A stretch of 64,000 nucleotides of DNA from positions 1,706 through 65,705 of the forward strand of contig JAPLVO010000006.1 of the NCBI GenBank assembly GCA_026397045.1, written 5' to 3'. The stretch comes from Patescibacteria group bacterium. GTDB taxonomy: Bacteria; Patescibacteriota; Saccharimonadia; CAILAD01; BJGX01. Below, one piece after another: positions 9,526 through 18,642 of the stretch; position 1 is the first letter of the stretch; each line of letters opens with the position of its first letter. The notes below the pieces were generated by a model, which ran no database searches, had not been told where the DNA came from, and saw only the letters and a list, made by a program, of their open reading frames with translations. A program made the position numbers and the translations under genes.

Positions 9526-9601
9526 TGGCGGGCCCGACCGGATTTGAACCGGCGATCTCCTCCGTGACAGGGAGGCGTGATAACCACTTCACTACGGGCC
9601 C
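9526..9601 (-). tRNA. tRNA-Asp (anticodon GTC)
   Basis: Reverse complement GGGCCCG acceptor stem, AGTGGTTA D-loop, anticodon loop CT-GTC-AC, GGTTCAAATCC T-arm, encoded CCA. Confidence 0.9.
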
Positions 9602-9691
9602 GTATTCGGTTAAAACTAATTTGAACCTGATTATTCTACCAAATAAACGCAAATATTTCAATCTGTAGCCGGCTAGGTATCCCACTTATCC

Positions 9692-9720
9692 TTGACATAA
9701 AAGCTTATGTTTGCTATTAT
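9692..9720 (+). promoter_or_regulatory. consensus sigma-70-type promoter (TTGACA-17-TATTAT)
   Basis: TTGACA at 9692-9697, 17-nt spacer, TATTAT at 9715-9720; about 105-nt leader before the ATG at 9833. Confidence 0.55.
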
Positions 9721-9832
9721 ATACGCTTATCTGGTAGGTGGAGGCCAATCAGAGATTGCCATCATTCCTTTTAGGATCGGTGGTGAGTTTAACTGTTTAA
9801 CTAAAACAAATAAAAAAACAAAAGGAGCTAAA

Positions 9833-10078
9833 ATGTATTCGAGTACTCAAATGTTAACATATTATCAAGTATCAAGACCACGAAAAATAAAAGTGAGGGT
9901 GGTCAAGGCGCATGCCCATGTGCCTTATTTGGGTTCTGGAAATGTCATAGACACCCGTAAATTACAGAAAAAGATTAGCTTTGGCGCTACATTCTTCGCT
10001 AGCTCGCATGATACCCAGCTAACTGAGTACGATAAATGGCAAAAGCTGAATCGTAAGCTTAGAAAACTGCTTATCTAG
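9833..10078 (+). CDS. hypothetical small basic protein (81 aa)
   Basis: ATG at 9833 preceded by AAAAGGAG RBS; ORF track 9707-10078 includes an unlikely upstream extension; hairpin terminator at about 10100-10135. Confidence 0.45.
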   Translation: MYSSTQMLTYYQVSRPRKIKVRVVKAHAHVPYLGSGNVIDTRKLQKKISFGATFFASSHDTQLTEYDKWQKLNRKLRKLLI

Positions 10079-10247
10079 GGCTTACTTCGGCTGCCAGTAT
10101 CAGCCGATCATATCTTATAATCCCCAAAAAGTGTGCTACAATTATGGCGCACTTTTTGTTTTAGAAAAAATAAAACTCACCACCCTAAAATATAGTGAAG
10201 GTGGGGCAGCGAACATAGATTCGGGCCCAAAAGAGGCTGTTTGATAA

Positions 10248-10321
10248 GCGGGTATAGTACAGCGGTAGTATGCGACCTTCCCAAGGTTGAGACACGGGTT
10301 CGACTCCCGTTACCCGCTCCA
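10248..10321 (+). tRNA. tRNA-Gly (anticodon CCC)
   Basis: GCGGGTA acceptor stem, anticodon loop TT-CCC-AA, GGTTCGACTCC T-arm, encoded CCA. Confidence 0.9.
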
Positions 10322-10322
10322 A

Positions 10323-10398
10323 GCCGATGTAGCTCAGCTGGCAGAGCAGTGCTTTCGTAAAGCAAAGGTCAGCGGTTCGACCCCGCTCATCGGCTCCA
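10323..10398 (+). tRNA. tRNA-Thr (anticodon CGT)
   Basis: GCCGATG acceptor stem, GCTCAGCTGG D-arm, anticodon loop TT-CGT-AA, GGTTCGACCCC T-arm, discriminator U, encoded CCA. Confidence 0.9.
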
Positions 10399-10447
10399 GT
10401 ACTTTATCCCAATGTTCTTATTTCTGGTATAATTAACCTTAGATATT

Positions 10448-10834
10448 ATGGAAAAATCCCCAAAACAATCTACAGCTATCGCTAACCAATCTATCTATAA
10501 GGATGGCTGGTTTTTGAGCCTATGTGCGCTCACTTTCGGAGTGGTTTTTTTTAGTGTCATTTTCGCCTTGATAAATATCAAGCAGACCCAAATCCAGATT
10601 CCGGTGAGGTTCTCTAGCCTAACTAATTTTGATCAGTTGGGGAATTGGTATCAACTATACGAAATCCCTATCATCGCAGCCATGATAGCAGCGGCGAATT
10701 TCGCCCTTGCCAATTTGCTACATAGGCGCAATAGATTAATAAGTGTATTTTTAATGATGCAGGCTCTGATGTGCTCAGTTCTAGCACTGGCCATACTCAT
10801 GGGCTTTACGGTGGTCAATTATGGCACAACTTAG
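10448..10834 (+). CDS. hypothetical small membrane protein (3-4 TM), probably co-transcribed with the GT2 gene
   Basis: 128 aa, hydrophobic; 3' end overlaps the next gene start (10821). Confidence 0.5.
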   Translation: MEKSPKQSTAIANQSIYKDGWFLSLCALTFGVVFFSVIFALINIKQTQIQIPVRFSSLTNFDQLGNWYQLYEIPIIAAMIAAANFALANLLHRRNRLISVFLMMQALMCSVLALAILMGFTVVNYGTT

Positions 10835-12518
10835 GCTATCTAAAAATCCGAATCAGATACCACTTGGAATCTCTGATAAGAGATGGTTTTTTAGGCTCTG
10901 GGAGATAATACCAGGCCTTACAAGCTGGTCGGTTCTGATAATACCAGTAGTGCTTAGCTTGGTCTACCCAATAGCCGTGGCTTACTTTATCATTGCTTTT
11001 GATCTTTTGTGGCTGCTTAAATCCATGCGCATGAGTGTTGGTCTGATCCAAGGCTACCAGGCTCTTAAGCGAGCCGAAAAAATAGATTGGCCCGCCAGGC
11101 TTAATCAGCTTATGGATATAGACTCTTCCTTGCGCAAAGCCGAATCGAGCCTGGCTAAGCTTTCTCGTCCGGGATTATTCGGCTTGATTCGTATTAGTAG
11201 CAGTAGATCTAAGTACCAAAAAGCAGTGTCGGAAGTATCTAGGCTGAGCAGGGTTTCTGAGCAAAAGTCTACGCTGATAATGCCGAGCGAAATATATCAT
11301 GTAATAATAACCGCTGTTTATAATGAATCGCTGGATGTATTAAGACCTTCGCTAGAAGCTATCCTGAAGTCCGAATATGATCCTAAAAAGGTAATATTTG
11401 TGCTCGCTTATGAAGAGCGTGGAGGCGATCAGACAGCCCAGAATGCCAAACTATTAGAATCTGAATACTCTGCCAAATTCGACGGCTATCTGAGTATTTG
11501 CCATCCAGATGGGCTCAGCGGCGAGATGAAGGGCAAAGGCGCTAATATCAGCTTCGCGGGTAAGATATTGAAGACCTACCTGGAGGAGAGAAAAATCGAT
11601 CCTCTTAATGTAATTGTCACCACCCTAGATAGTGACCATCGGCCTGATCCTAAATATTTACCCTACCTGGCATACGAATATTGTATAAATCCTAATCGTA
11701 CTCACTTTAGTTTTCAGCCCATGGCCATGTTTTTCAACAATATCTGGGACGCTCCAGCACCGATGCGCGTTATCGCCACGGGAAATTCTTTTTGGCTAAT
11801 GATGGAGAGTGTTAGGCATTATAGGTTGCGCAACTTTGCTGCGCACGCCCAGAGTATGAAAACTTTGATAGACACAGATTTTTGGTCGGTTACTTCTATA
11901 GTGGAAGACGGTCATCAGTACTGGCGGACTTTCTTTGCCTACGATGGAGACCACCTAGTGGAGCCACTCTATATACCCATTTACCAGGATGCCGTGCTAG
12001 CTCATAACTACCGAAAAACATTCCTAAACCAGTATAAGCAGCTTCGCAGATGGGCTTATGGAGCCAGCGATATTCCCTTTGTTGTCACAAACAACATTAG
12101 GAACAAGCATATACCCTTTGTGAATAAATGGCTGCAGTTCTACAGATTATTTGAAGGACATATCAGCTGGGCCACAGCAGCCTTAATACTAACCTTCGCA
12201 GCCTGGATACCTCTTGTACTCAATTCAGAATTTAATCGCCAAGTATTAGCACATCAACTACCGGTGGTAGCCTCCAGGATACTGACAATCGCTCTACTGG
12301 GACAGTTTATTACCATCCTACTTAGCCTGTTAATGCTCCCGCCTCGTCCTAGCCACTATAAGAAATCTAAGTTTATATTTATGATCGCGCAATGGTTCTT
12401 GGTCCCGATAACATCGATATTTTTTGGATCCGCCGCTGCCCTGGATGCCCAAACCAGACTGATGCTTGGGCGCTATCCTAAGGCCTTTGATGTAACAGAC
12501 AAGGCTGTTAAGAAATGA
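10821..12518 (+). CDS. processive family-2 glycosyltransferase (cellulose-synthase-like, membrane-embedded)
   Basis: 565 aa; N- and C-terminal TM helices; GT2 motifs VIITAVYNES, TLDSDH (DxD), QLRRW (QxxRW). Confidence 0.75.
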   Translation: MAQLRLSKNPNQIPLGISDKRWFFRLWEIIPGLTSWSVLIIPVVLSLVYPIAVAYFIIAFDLLWLLKSMRMSVGLIQGYQALKRAEKIDWPARLNQLMDIDSSLRKAESSLAKLSRPGLFGLIRISSSRSKYQKAVSEVSRLSRVSEQKSTLIMPSEIYHVIITAVYNESLDVLRPSLEAILKSEYDPKKVIFVLAYEERGGDQTAQNAKLLESEYSAKFDGYLSICHPDGLSGEMKGKGANISFAGKILKTYLEERKIDPLNVIVTTLDSDHRPDPKYLPYLAYEYCINPNRTHFSFQPMAMFFNNIWDAPAPMRVIATGNSFWLMMESVRHYRLRNFAAHAQSMKTLIDTDFWSVTSIVEDGHQYWRTFFAYDGDHLVEPLYIPIYQDAVLAHNYRKTFLNQYKQLRRWAYGASDIPFVVTNNIRNKHIPFVNKWLQFYRLFEGHISWATAALILTFAAWIPLVLNSEFNRQVLAHQLPVVASRILTIALLGQFITILLSLLMLPPRPSHYKKSKFIFMIAQWFLVPITSIFFGSAAALDAQTRLMLGRYPKAFDVTDKAVKK

Positions 12519-13573
12519 TATTCGCAATCGGCCTAGTACTGTCCTTTCTGATTTCCGCCTTATTGGTTCCAGAGGTAAGGAAACTGGCCATCATGATTGG
12601 GGCCGTCGATAACCCCAAGGAGGCTAGTCGCAAGATACATAAAAAAGTAATGGCCAGAGGAGGAGGGGTAGCTATCTATATATCCTTCGTGGTTGTGTGT
12701 CTAATGCTACTAGGTACTTTCCCCAAGCAGTTCATTGGGCTCTTAGTAGCTGGGAGTATGGTTTTAGCCATAGGTCTGGTAGATGATGTTCGTAGGCTCA
12801 GCCCTTGGGTCAAGCTTTTAGTTCAGTTGCTGGCAGCGCTAATTGCCAGTATCGGCTTTGGGATTACAATCGATAACATCACAAACCCGTTTGGCAACAC
12901 CTTGGTTTTTGTAGAACCTACCGTCTCCATGGCTTTATGGGGGGTATCCATTAGCTTTAATTGGATCGCCGTAGCATTATCGGTGCTATGGTTGGTGGGT
13001 ATGACAAACACAATTAATTTTTTAGATGGTATCGACGGGCTTTCTGGTGGTGTATCGGCTATAGCAGCCGGTATTATATTCTTGTTAGCCATGACCGATA
13101 AGGTCAACCAGCCAGCCACAGCTCTAGTTTCGATTATACTGGCAGGGGGGTGTCTGGGATTCTTAGTATACAATTTTTATCCAGCTAAGATATTTAATGG
13201 CGACTCGGGGGCTTACTTCCTAGGTATGACACTGGGTATCCTGGCCATATTTTCTGGCGCCAAATTAGCCACAGCCGCACTGGTTTTGGGTTTGCCGATT
13301 CTGGACGCCACCTGGTCGGTGCTAAGGCGCCTTGCTCATCGTAAATCCCCATTTACTGCCGACAGAGGCCATCTGCACTACTTGTTTCTTGACGCTGGGT
13401 TTAGCCAGCGCCAAGCAGTCATGACTATATATGTTCTTTGTCTAGCCTTCGGACTTATCGGAATAGTCGGGTCTTCGCAACAGAAGATATTAGGCATTAT
13501 ATTATTATTTATTGTGATGGCAGCCTTGCTTGTGGGGCTGGCATACCTGAAACGAATCAGGAGCCAGAAATAA
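12515..13573 (+). CDS. polyprenyl-phosphate N-acetylhexosamine-1-phosphate transferase (MraY/WecA/TagO family, GT4 membrane enzyme)
   Basis: 352 aa, about 10 TM helices; hallmark NTINFLDGIDGLSGG motif; 4-nt overlap with the upstream GT2 gene. Confidence 0.8.
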   Translation: MIFAIGLVLSFLISALLVPEVRKLAIMIGAVDNPKEASRKIHKKVMARGGGVAIYISFVVVCLMLLGTFPKQFIGLLVAGSMVLAIGLVDDVRRLSPWVKLLVQLLAALIASIGFGITIDNITNPFGNTLVFVEPTVSMALWGVSISFNWIAVALSVLWLVGMTNTINFLDGIDGLSGGVSAIAAGIIFLLAMTDKVNQPATALVSIILAGGCLGFLVYNFYPAKIFNGDSGAYFLGMTLGILAIFSGAKLATAALVLGLPILDATWSVLRRLAHRKSPFTADRGHLHYLFLDAGFSQRQAVMTIYVLCLAFGLIGIVGSSQQKILGIILLFIVMAALLVGLAYLKRIRSQK

Positions 13574-13655
13574 TCACCTATATATTGTGCCAGCATCGAT
13601 TGACCACTTATTCCAGATATGGTATTATCGTTCTCAAGAGGGAATACATTAAAAC

Positions 13656-14009
13656 GTGAAAAGTAAAAATCTACAGGATTTAATCAAGAACTTGCAAGTT
13701 TTTTACAAGTGTCCTTCCTGTGGCTCTAGCTACATACATGACGATATTGCCTTTTTAGGTAGGGTTGAAGGCCACTGTTTTATGCAGCTGACCTGCCATG
13801 ATTGCTCTTTACCCGTACTTGCTACAGTGTTCCTGCAGTCAGAGCTAGAGCAAGCAACCAAAAAGTATTCGTCTCGACTAGGTCGTAAAGCAGATCTTGG
13901 CTATAAGGAACGATCAAAGTTTATAGACAGAGGAGCTATTAGCTCCCTAGAGATCGCAGATTTTCATCTACGCTTAACACAGCCCTTAAAAAACTATAAA
14001 ATTAAATAA
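13656..14009 (+). CDS. hypothetical zinc-ribbon protein
   Basis: 117 aa, GTG start; CPSCGS...CHDC four-cysteine motif. Confidence 0.4.
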   Translation: MKSKNLQDLIKNLQVFYKCPSCGSSYIHDDIAFLGRVEGHCFMQLTCHDCSLPVLATVFLQSELEQATKKYSSRLGRKADLGYKERSKFIDRGAISSLEIADFHLRLTQPLKNYKIK

Positions 14010-14019
14010 CAAGGATAAT

Positions 14020-14736
14020 ATGGAAACAATTGTTATATCAGCAACTATACGCGATGTATTCGGCAAAAAGCTAGCTAATACCCGCAAAAACGGCCAAATA
14101 CCCGGTGTAGTTTACGGCAATAAAAAAGATAATAAATCTGTGCTATTAGACGCTAAGTCGTTTTCAAAGGCTTTTACTGAGGCCGGCCATAGTACTATTG
14201 TAGAACTTAAGCTCGGCGATGATGCTAGCGAAAATGTTCTTATTCACGATATTTCCCTAGACCCTATCACAAGCAACATCACGCATGTTGATTTTTATAG
14301 AGTAAACATGAATAAGCTTATACGGACAGAAATCCCATTACACTTCATGGGCGAATCGGCAGCCGTATTCCAGCTGGAGGGGACACTATTTAAGAACATC
14401 GAAGAAGTTGAGGTAGAAACTCTCCCAGCTACTTTGCCCCCGCATATCAATGTAGATATATCTGTATTAGACGATTTCGATAAATCTATCCATGTTTCTG
14501 ATCTGAAATTCGATGAGGGCGTACAGGTCCTAACTGAATCCAGCCAGCTTATTTGTAAGGTCGAGCCACCTCGTAGTGAAGAAGAAATGGCTGCCCTGGA
14601 TGAAGAAATAGGAGATGCTATCCCAGAAGGCGCAGAGGACGCTGAGTCAGCTGACGCAGACTCCAAAGATGCCGAAAAGGGAGAAGAAAGTGATGCTAAG
14701 CCCGAGGGCGAAGCCAAAGATAAGACTAAAGAGTAA
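14020..14736 (+). CDS. rplY: 50S ribosomal protein L25 (general stress protein Ctc form)
   Basis: 238 aa; L25 N-domain (RKNGQIPGVVYG) plus acidic C-terminal extension; GGATAA RBS. Confidence 0.85.
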   Translation: METIVISATIRDVFGKKLANTRKNGQIPGVVYGNKKDNKSVLLDAKSFSKAFTEAGHSTIVELKLGDDASENVLIHDISLDPITSNITHVDFYRVNMNKLIRTEIPLHFMGESAAVFQLEGTLFKNIEEVEVETLPATLPPHINVDISVLDDFDKSIHVSDLKFDEGVQVLTESSQLICKVEPPRSEEEMAALDEEIGDAIPEGAEDAESADADSKDAEKGEESDAKPEGEAKDKTKE

Positions 14737-14766
14737 AGACTCACGCTTTTTACCACCAAAAGAGGC

Positions 14767-14793
14767 CTTCGGGCCTCTTTTTAGTTTAGTTTA
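14767..14793. terminator. bidirectional rho-independent terminator (rplY / nrdR)
   Basis: AAAAGAGGCCTTCGGGCCTCTTTTT perfect hairpin with flanking A and T runs. Confidence 0.85.
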
Positions 14794-15237
14794 TATGGAT
14801 TTTATGAGGCTATTCAGCTGACGCTGGTTTTGAGGCGAACTGTGTTCTGCTAGGTACCTCATGTACGCCGACAGGCTGATTGGTTTTATAGTATTGAGTA
14901 CAATTTTAAGCAGAGCCGAATCGTCGATTATAGTTGTGCGATTCGAAACAATTTTTAGTTCAATAGTATCGAGCATGGAATCGATATCTATTTCGGCGAG
15001 TTCTTCATCGCTAAATGCGTTGATCAGGCTTCTGAGCAGTATTGATTTCCGGTAGAGCGTTGTTTTATTTTTTGCGGCTTGTCTTACACTTAGCCAGCCC
15101 ATATCTGGCTTCTCATAAGTAGTAATCGCACAATGGCAGGTCATACACTCCTTGCGTCTCCAGGTTTGAGCACCGCTCTTAGTAGGGCGAGTGTTGGTTG
15201 TCTTAAGGCTTTTCGAGCCACAAATAGGGCAATTCAT
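14791..15237 (-). CDS. nrdR: transcriptional repressor NrdR
   Basis: 148 aa; N-terminal zinc ribbon MNCPICGS...C..C followed by an ATP-cone. Confidence 0.85.
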   Translation of the reverse strand: MNCPICGSKSLKTTNTRPTKSGAQTWRRKECMTCHCAITTYEKPDMGWLSVRQAAKNKTTLYRKSILLRSLINAFSDEELAEIDIDSMLDTIELKIVSNRTTIIDDSALLKIVLNTIKPISLSAYMRYLAEHSSPQNQRQLNSLIKSI

Positions 15238-15342
15238 GTATATATATTGACATACCTCAGTATAAAATAATAGTGGAAAACTATTTTAGGCTGTGGATTT
15301 ATCCATTTTCCCCTAGTTCACCTAGCCAGTTTTGTTCGTATT

Positions 15343-16659
15343 ATGTTTGCTTTTACTCTGATAAAACTGTACTATACAAATATGAAAGCTGAGCAATTTA
15401 TTACTATAAAACCCGGGCAGTATAGTGTTTTATATGTAGATATGAATTCATTCTTTGCATCTGTTGAGCAGTTCTATAACCCAGCACTTCGGCGTAGACC
15501 AGTAGCAGTTTCTACTTCTCCTGTGGGGGGTAGTATTATCGCCGCTTCTATAGAGGCCAAGCTTTATGGCATAAAAACTGGTACTAGAGTGGGGCAGGCT
15601 ATCGCTATGTGCCCACAATTAGTAGTGGTAGGCGATAGACCCGAGCTCTACAGGACGGCGCATCGGCAGATAATGAAAATACTTCATAGCACCGTTTGCC
15701 ATGTTCAGGCCAAGAGTATAGATGAAGCCTACCTGAAGGTACCAAGCTATATGCAGAGTCGAGATCAGGTAATCGAGCTAGTGGAGTCTATAAAAGCCAG
15801 CCTACATAGCATCTATGGTAGCTCTGTGTTGTGCTCTGTCGGTGTATCCCATAATGTATGGCTTGCAAAGATGGCGGGGAACAGCCAGAAGCCTAATGGC
15901 TTGGTGTTTGTGTCTAGCGACGACTTGGCCAGCTTTTATGGAGGCCTAGTCCTGACTGACTTTACCGGAATAAGCACAGCTATGGCAAAAAGGTTATACC
16001 AAATAGGGATAGAGACGCCGCTCCAGCTCTATAGCGCTAGCTGGAGGCTACTTAATTCTAAATTAGGCGTCAATGGAGGTAAATGGTACCTAAGAATGCG
16101 AGGCTTCGAGGTGGACATCAGAGCTGATAGGCCAAATAAATCTATCGGACACCAGGTTACGACTGCACCAAGCCTAGCGGGTACTGTTGGAGAAATAACA
16201 ACATATATCAATAAAATGTCTACTACTCTTGGTTCGAGGCTTAGGAGCAAGTCCCTGGCAGCTAGTGGCCTAGTACTATATATCAGATTTGATAACGGCG
16301 AATGGTGGGCGAGTAGCTTCAAAAAGACTTCAATGTTCAGATCTAACTCTGAAATATTAGCATTACTAAAAATGTTGTTAGAAAAACTAACTTTTATGCC
16401 ATCCCCAGCAAGTAGGATAGGGGTCACGCTGCTTAATTTAGCCGCAGATAGGCAGATTACAATGGCTATAGCAGGATATGATGGCAAGAATTTATCATTG
16501 TCGATAGCTATGGATGAAATCAACCGCAGGTATGGCCCTAATACTATAATGCCCCTAAGGAGCCATTCGGCCAGCCATATAAGGCTAGATAGAGTTGGCT
16601 TCGCAGGCGACATAATCAGAGAGCAGCCTAGCCTCAAAGCTGCTGATAACTACATATAG
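15343..16659 (+). CDS. dinB: DNA polymerase IV (Y-family translesion polymerase)
   Basis: VLYVDMNSFFASVEQ catalytic motif, palm, fingers and little-finger domains; start may be the internal ATG near 15382. Confidence 0.85.
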   Translation: MFAFTLIKLYYTNMKAEQFITIKPGQYSVLYVDMNSFFASVEQFYNPALRRRPVAVSTSPVGGSIIAASIEAKLYGIKTGTRVGQAIAMCPQLVVVGDRPELYRTAHRQIMKILHSTVCHVQAKSIDEAYLKVPSYMQSRDQVIELVESIKASLHSIYGSSVLCSVGVSHNVWLAKMAGNSQKPNGLVFVSSDDLASFYGGLVLTDFTGISTAMAKRLYQIGIETPLQLYSASWRLLNSKLGVNGGKWYLRMRGFEVDIRADRPNKSIGHQVTTAPSLAGTVGEITTYINKMSTTLGSRLRSKSLAASGLVLYIRFDNGEWWASSFKKTSMFRSNSEILALLKMLLEKLTFMPSPASRIGVTLLNLAADRQITMAIAGYDGKNLSLSIAMDEINRRYGPNTIMPLRSHSASHIRLDRVGFAGDIIREQPSLKAADNYI

Positions 16660-16739
16660 TGTATATTATACAACAATAGCTGCTTGAGTATATTTAAAAT
16701 TGAAAAAGACGGTTATATGCGTTAAAATCAAGTTATTGT

Positions 16740-16816
16740 GGGTCCTTAGCTCAGTTGGCTAGAGCGCTTCCTTGACGTGGAAGAGGTCAGAGGTTCGAGT
16801 CCCCTAGGACCCACCA
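16740..16816 (+). tRNA. tRNA-Val (anticodon GAC)
   Basis: GGGTCCT acceptor stem, anticodon loop TT-GAC-GT, GGTTCGAGTCC T-arm, encoded CCA. Confidence 0.9.
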
Positions 16817-16834
16817 GTATTTATAAGGAGGGTT

Positions 16835-17716
16835 ATGAAGAAAATTACAAAAGCGATTATACCGGCCGCTGGCTTAGGTACCAGATTCCTGCCTCAGACC
16901 AAGGCTATGCCTAAGGAGATGCTACCAATAGTCGATAAGCCTATTATTCAGTATGTGGTCGAGGAGGCCGTATCGGCTGGGATAACGGATATAATCATTG
17001 TTACTGGCATGCATAAGCGTTCGCTAGAAGATCATTTTGACCATAATTCGGAATTAGAAGATAGATTGCGCGAAACAGGGAAGCAGGATATGGCGGAAAA
17101 AATCCATCAGATAGGCGATATGGCTAACTTTGTGTATGTTCGCCAAAAAGGCATATATGGTAATGGCACTCCAATACTCAATGCCTCCCGCCTCATAGGG
17201 GATGAGCCATTTTTAGTGCTTTGGGCAGATGATTTCGTAGTGGGAGAGGTATCGAGGGCTAAGCAGCTTGTGGACGCCTATGAAAGACTCCAAAAGCCAG
17301 TGATTAGTCTGGTAGAGGTGCCTGAGCAAGATGTTAGTAAATACGGAATAGTCGAAGTGGAGTCGGCAATAGACAGCAAAATACTTAAATTAAAAAACAT
17401 TGTAGAAAAACCAACAGTTGAGCAGGCTCCCAGTAACCTAGCATCTGTTGGGGGGTATATATTGACGCCAGATATCTTGACCTATCTAGATCGTCAAAAG
17501 CCAGATAGTAGTGGCGAGATATATCTATCATCGGCGCTTCAGGAATACGCTCAGAATAATGAGCTATATGGCCTAAAGATAGACGGGAACTGGCACGATA
17601 CGGGTAATAAAGAGAAATACCTAGAGGCAATTATGGATGTTGCGTTAGCCGATCCTAAGCTTGCTGGTGTTATATATAGTTATATTGAAAAGTACAGAGG
17701 GAAATCAAATGGATAA
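16835..17716 (+). CDS. galU: UTP--glucose-1-phosphate uridylyltransferase
   Basis: 293 aa; KAIIPAAGLGTRFLP nucleotidyltransferase loop; AAGGAGG RBS. Confidence 0.9.
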   Translation: MKKITKAIIPAAGLGTRFLPQTKAMPKEMLPIVDKPIIQYVVEEAVSAGITDIIIVTGMHKRSLEDHFDHNSELEDRLRETGKQDMAEKIHQIGDMANFVYVRQKGIYGNGTPILNASRLIGDEPFLVLWADDFVVGEVSRAKQLVDAYERLQKPVISLVEVPEQDVSKYGIVEVESAIDSKILKLKNIVEKPTVEQAPSNLASVGGYILTPDILTYLDRQKPDSSGEIYLSSALQEYAQNNELYGLKIDGNWHDTGNKEKYLEAIMDVALADPKLAGVIYSYIEKYRGKSNG

Positions 17717-18440
17717 TAGGCACAGTGAGCTAGTGTTCGCCATTTCCAAAGTGTCGGAAGGCAATATGAGCTATCGATGGGGTGATAAGGCTGAGGTTAG
17801 GCAATCAAGAGAACGGTTTTGTAATAAAATGGGAATAACTATTGATGATGTTTCGTCTGTATCTCTTGAGCATGGCAGCAAAATAGTTAGGATTGATGAA
17901 GGCAATGCTGGCTTGGGCATGGACCAAGAAAACGCCAGCCACTTTGAAGCTGATGGTTTGATAACTTTGTCATCTGGTATTGGCTTAATGCTAGTTGTGG
18001 CAGATTGTATTCCTGCAGTCTTTTATGAGCCTAAAAATCACCTTTTGGTCCTGGTTCACGCCGGCAGAATGGGGGTTGAATTAAACATTGCAAAACAAGC
18101 CATAATTGAAATGAAGAAGCTAGGGAATATTGATATTGAAGATATTATGGTCTTAGCCGGGCCTGCAATATCTGCTAAATCTTATGTTTTTGATTCACCT
18201 CAAGGGGTTGATATGGATTTCTGGGCAGATGACTTCGTGATTGGTGATGACGGCAAGTATCATATGGATATAAAGTCTAAATTCGAGTCTCAATTATTAG
18301 CAGCTGGGGTTGCCACACAAAATATTGATATTAGCCCCATAGATACCTACACAAATACCAATTATTTTTCTCATAGAAGGAGCACCGCAATAAACGAAAA
18401 GGAGGGTAGGTTCGCGGCGCTAGCCTATATCAAGCCCTAA
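17709..18440 (+). CDS. YfiH/PgeF family (DUF152, laccase-domain) purine nucleoside/peptidoglycan editing enzyme
   Basis: H...C...H triad context (VADCIPAVFYEP, LVLVHAGRMG); ATG at 17709 overlaps the galU stop; the ORF track start at 17661 is probably too long. Confidence 0.7.
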   Translation: MDNRHSELVFAISKVSEGNMSYRWGDKAEVRQSRERFCNKMGITIDDVSSVSLEHGSKIVRIDEGNAGLGMDQENASHFEADGLITLSSGIGLMLVVADCIPAVFYEPKNHLLVLVHAGRMGVELNIAKQAIIEMKKLGNIDIEDIMVLAGPAISAKSYVFDSPQGVDMDFWADDFVIGDDGKYHMDIKSKFESQLLAAGVATQNIDISPIDTYTNTNYFSHRRSTAINEKEGRFAALAYIKP

Positions 18441-18499
18441 AAACTTGAAAAAAGGGTATTATTAAGCTAATATATTCAGTATAAATAGAGCGTTTGAGC

Positions 18500-18642
18500 T
18501 TAAGCCTAACCATCTTTTGCAAGTTCCGAAGCCTGGGCGTACAGGGCAAAAAAGAGATCCACCAGGATAAGCCAAGTGGAACCTTCCGACAGAGTCGGAA
18601 CTTGGCATAGACGGGTGGTTTTTGTTTAAAAGAAAGGTAAAA
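18500..18642 (+). promoter_or_regulatory. thrS leader with T-box-like antiterminator element (two helices flanking a 7-nt UGGAACC bulge)
   Basis: GCCAAG(18571-76)-UGGAACC(18577-83)-UUCCGAC(18584-90)-AGA-GUCGGAA(18594-600)-CUUGGC(18601-06); UGGA is complementary to the UCCA 3' end of the tRNA-Thr encoded at 10323-10398. Confidence 0.4.

Noticed and set aside
9479-9685. ORF-track CDS 9479-9685 (minus) and 10177-10365 (minus)
   Set aside because: Both are fully overlapped by well-formed tRNA genes (Asp; Gly and Thr) and terminator hairpins, so they are spurious.
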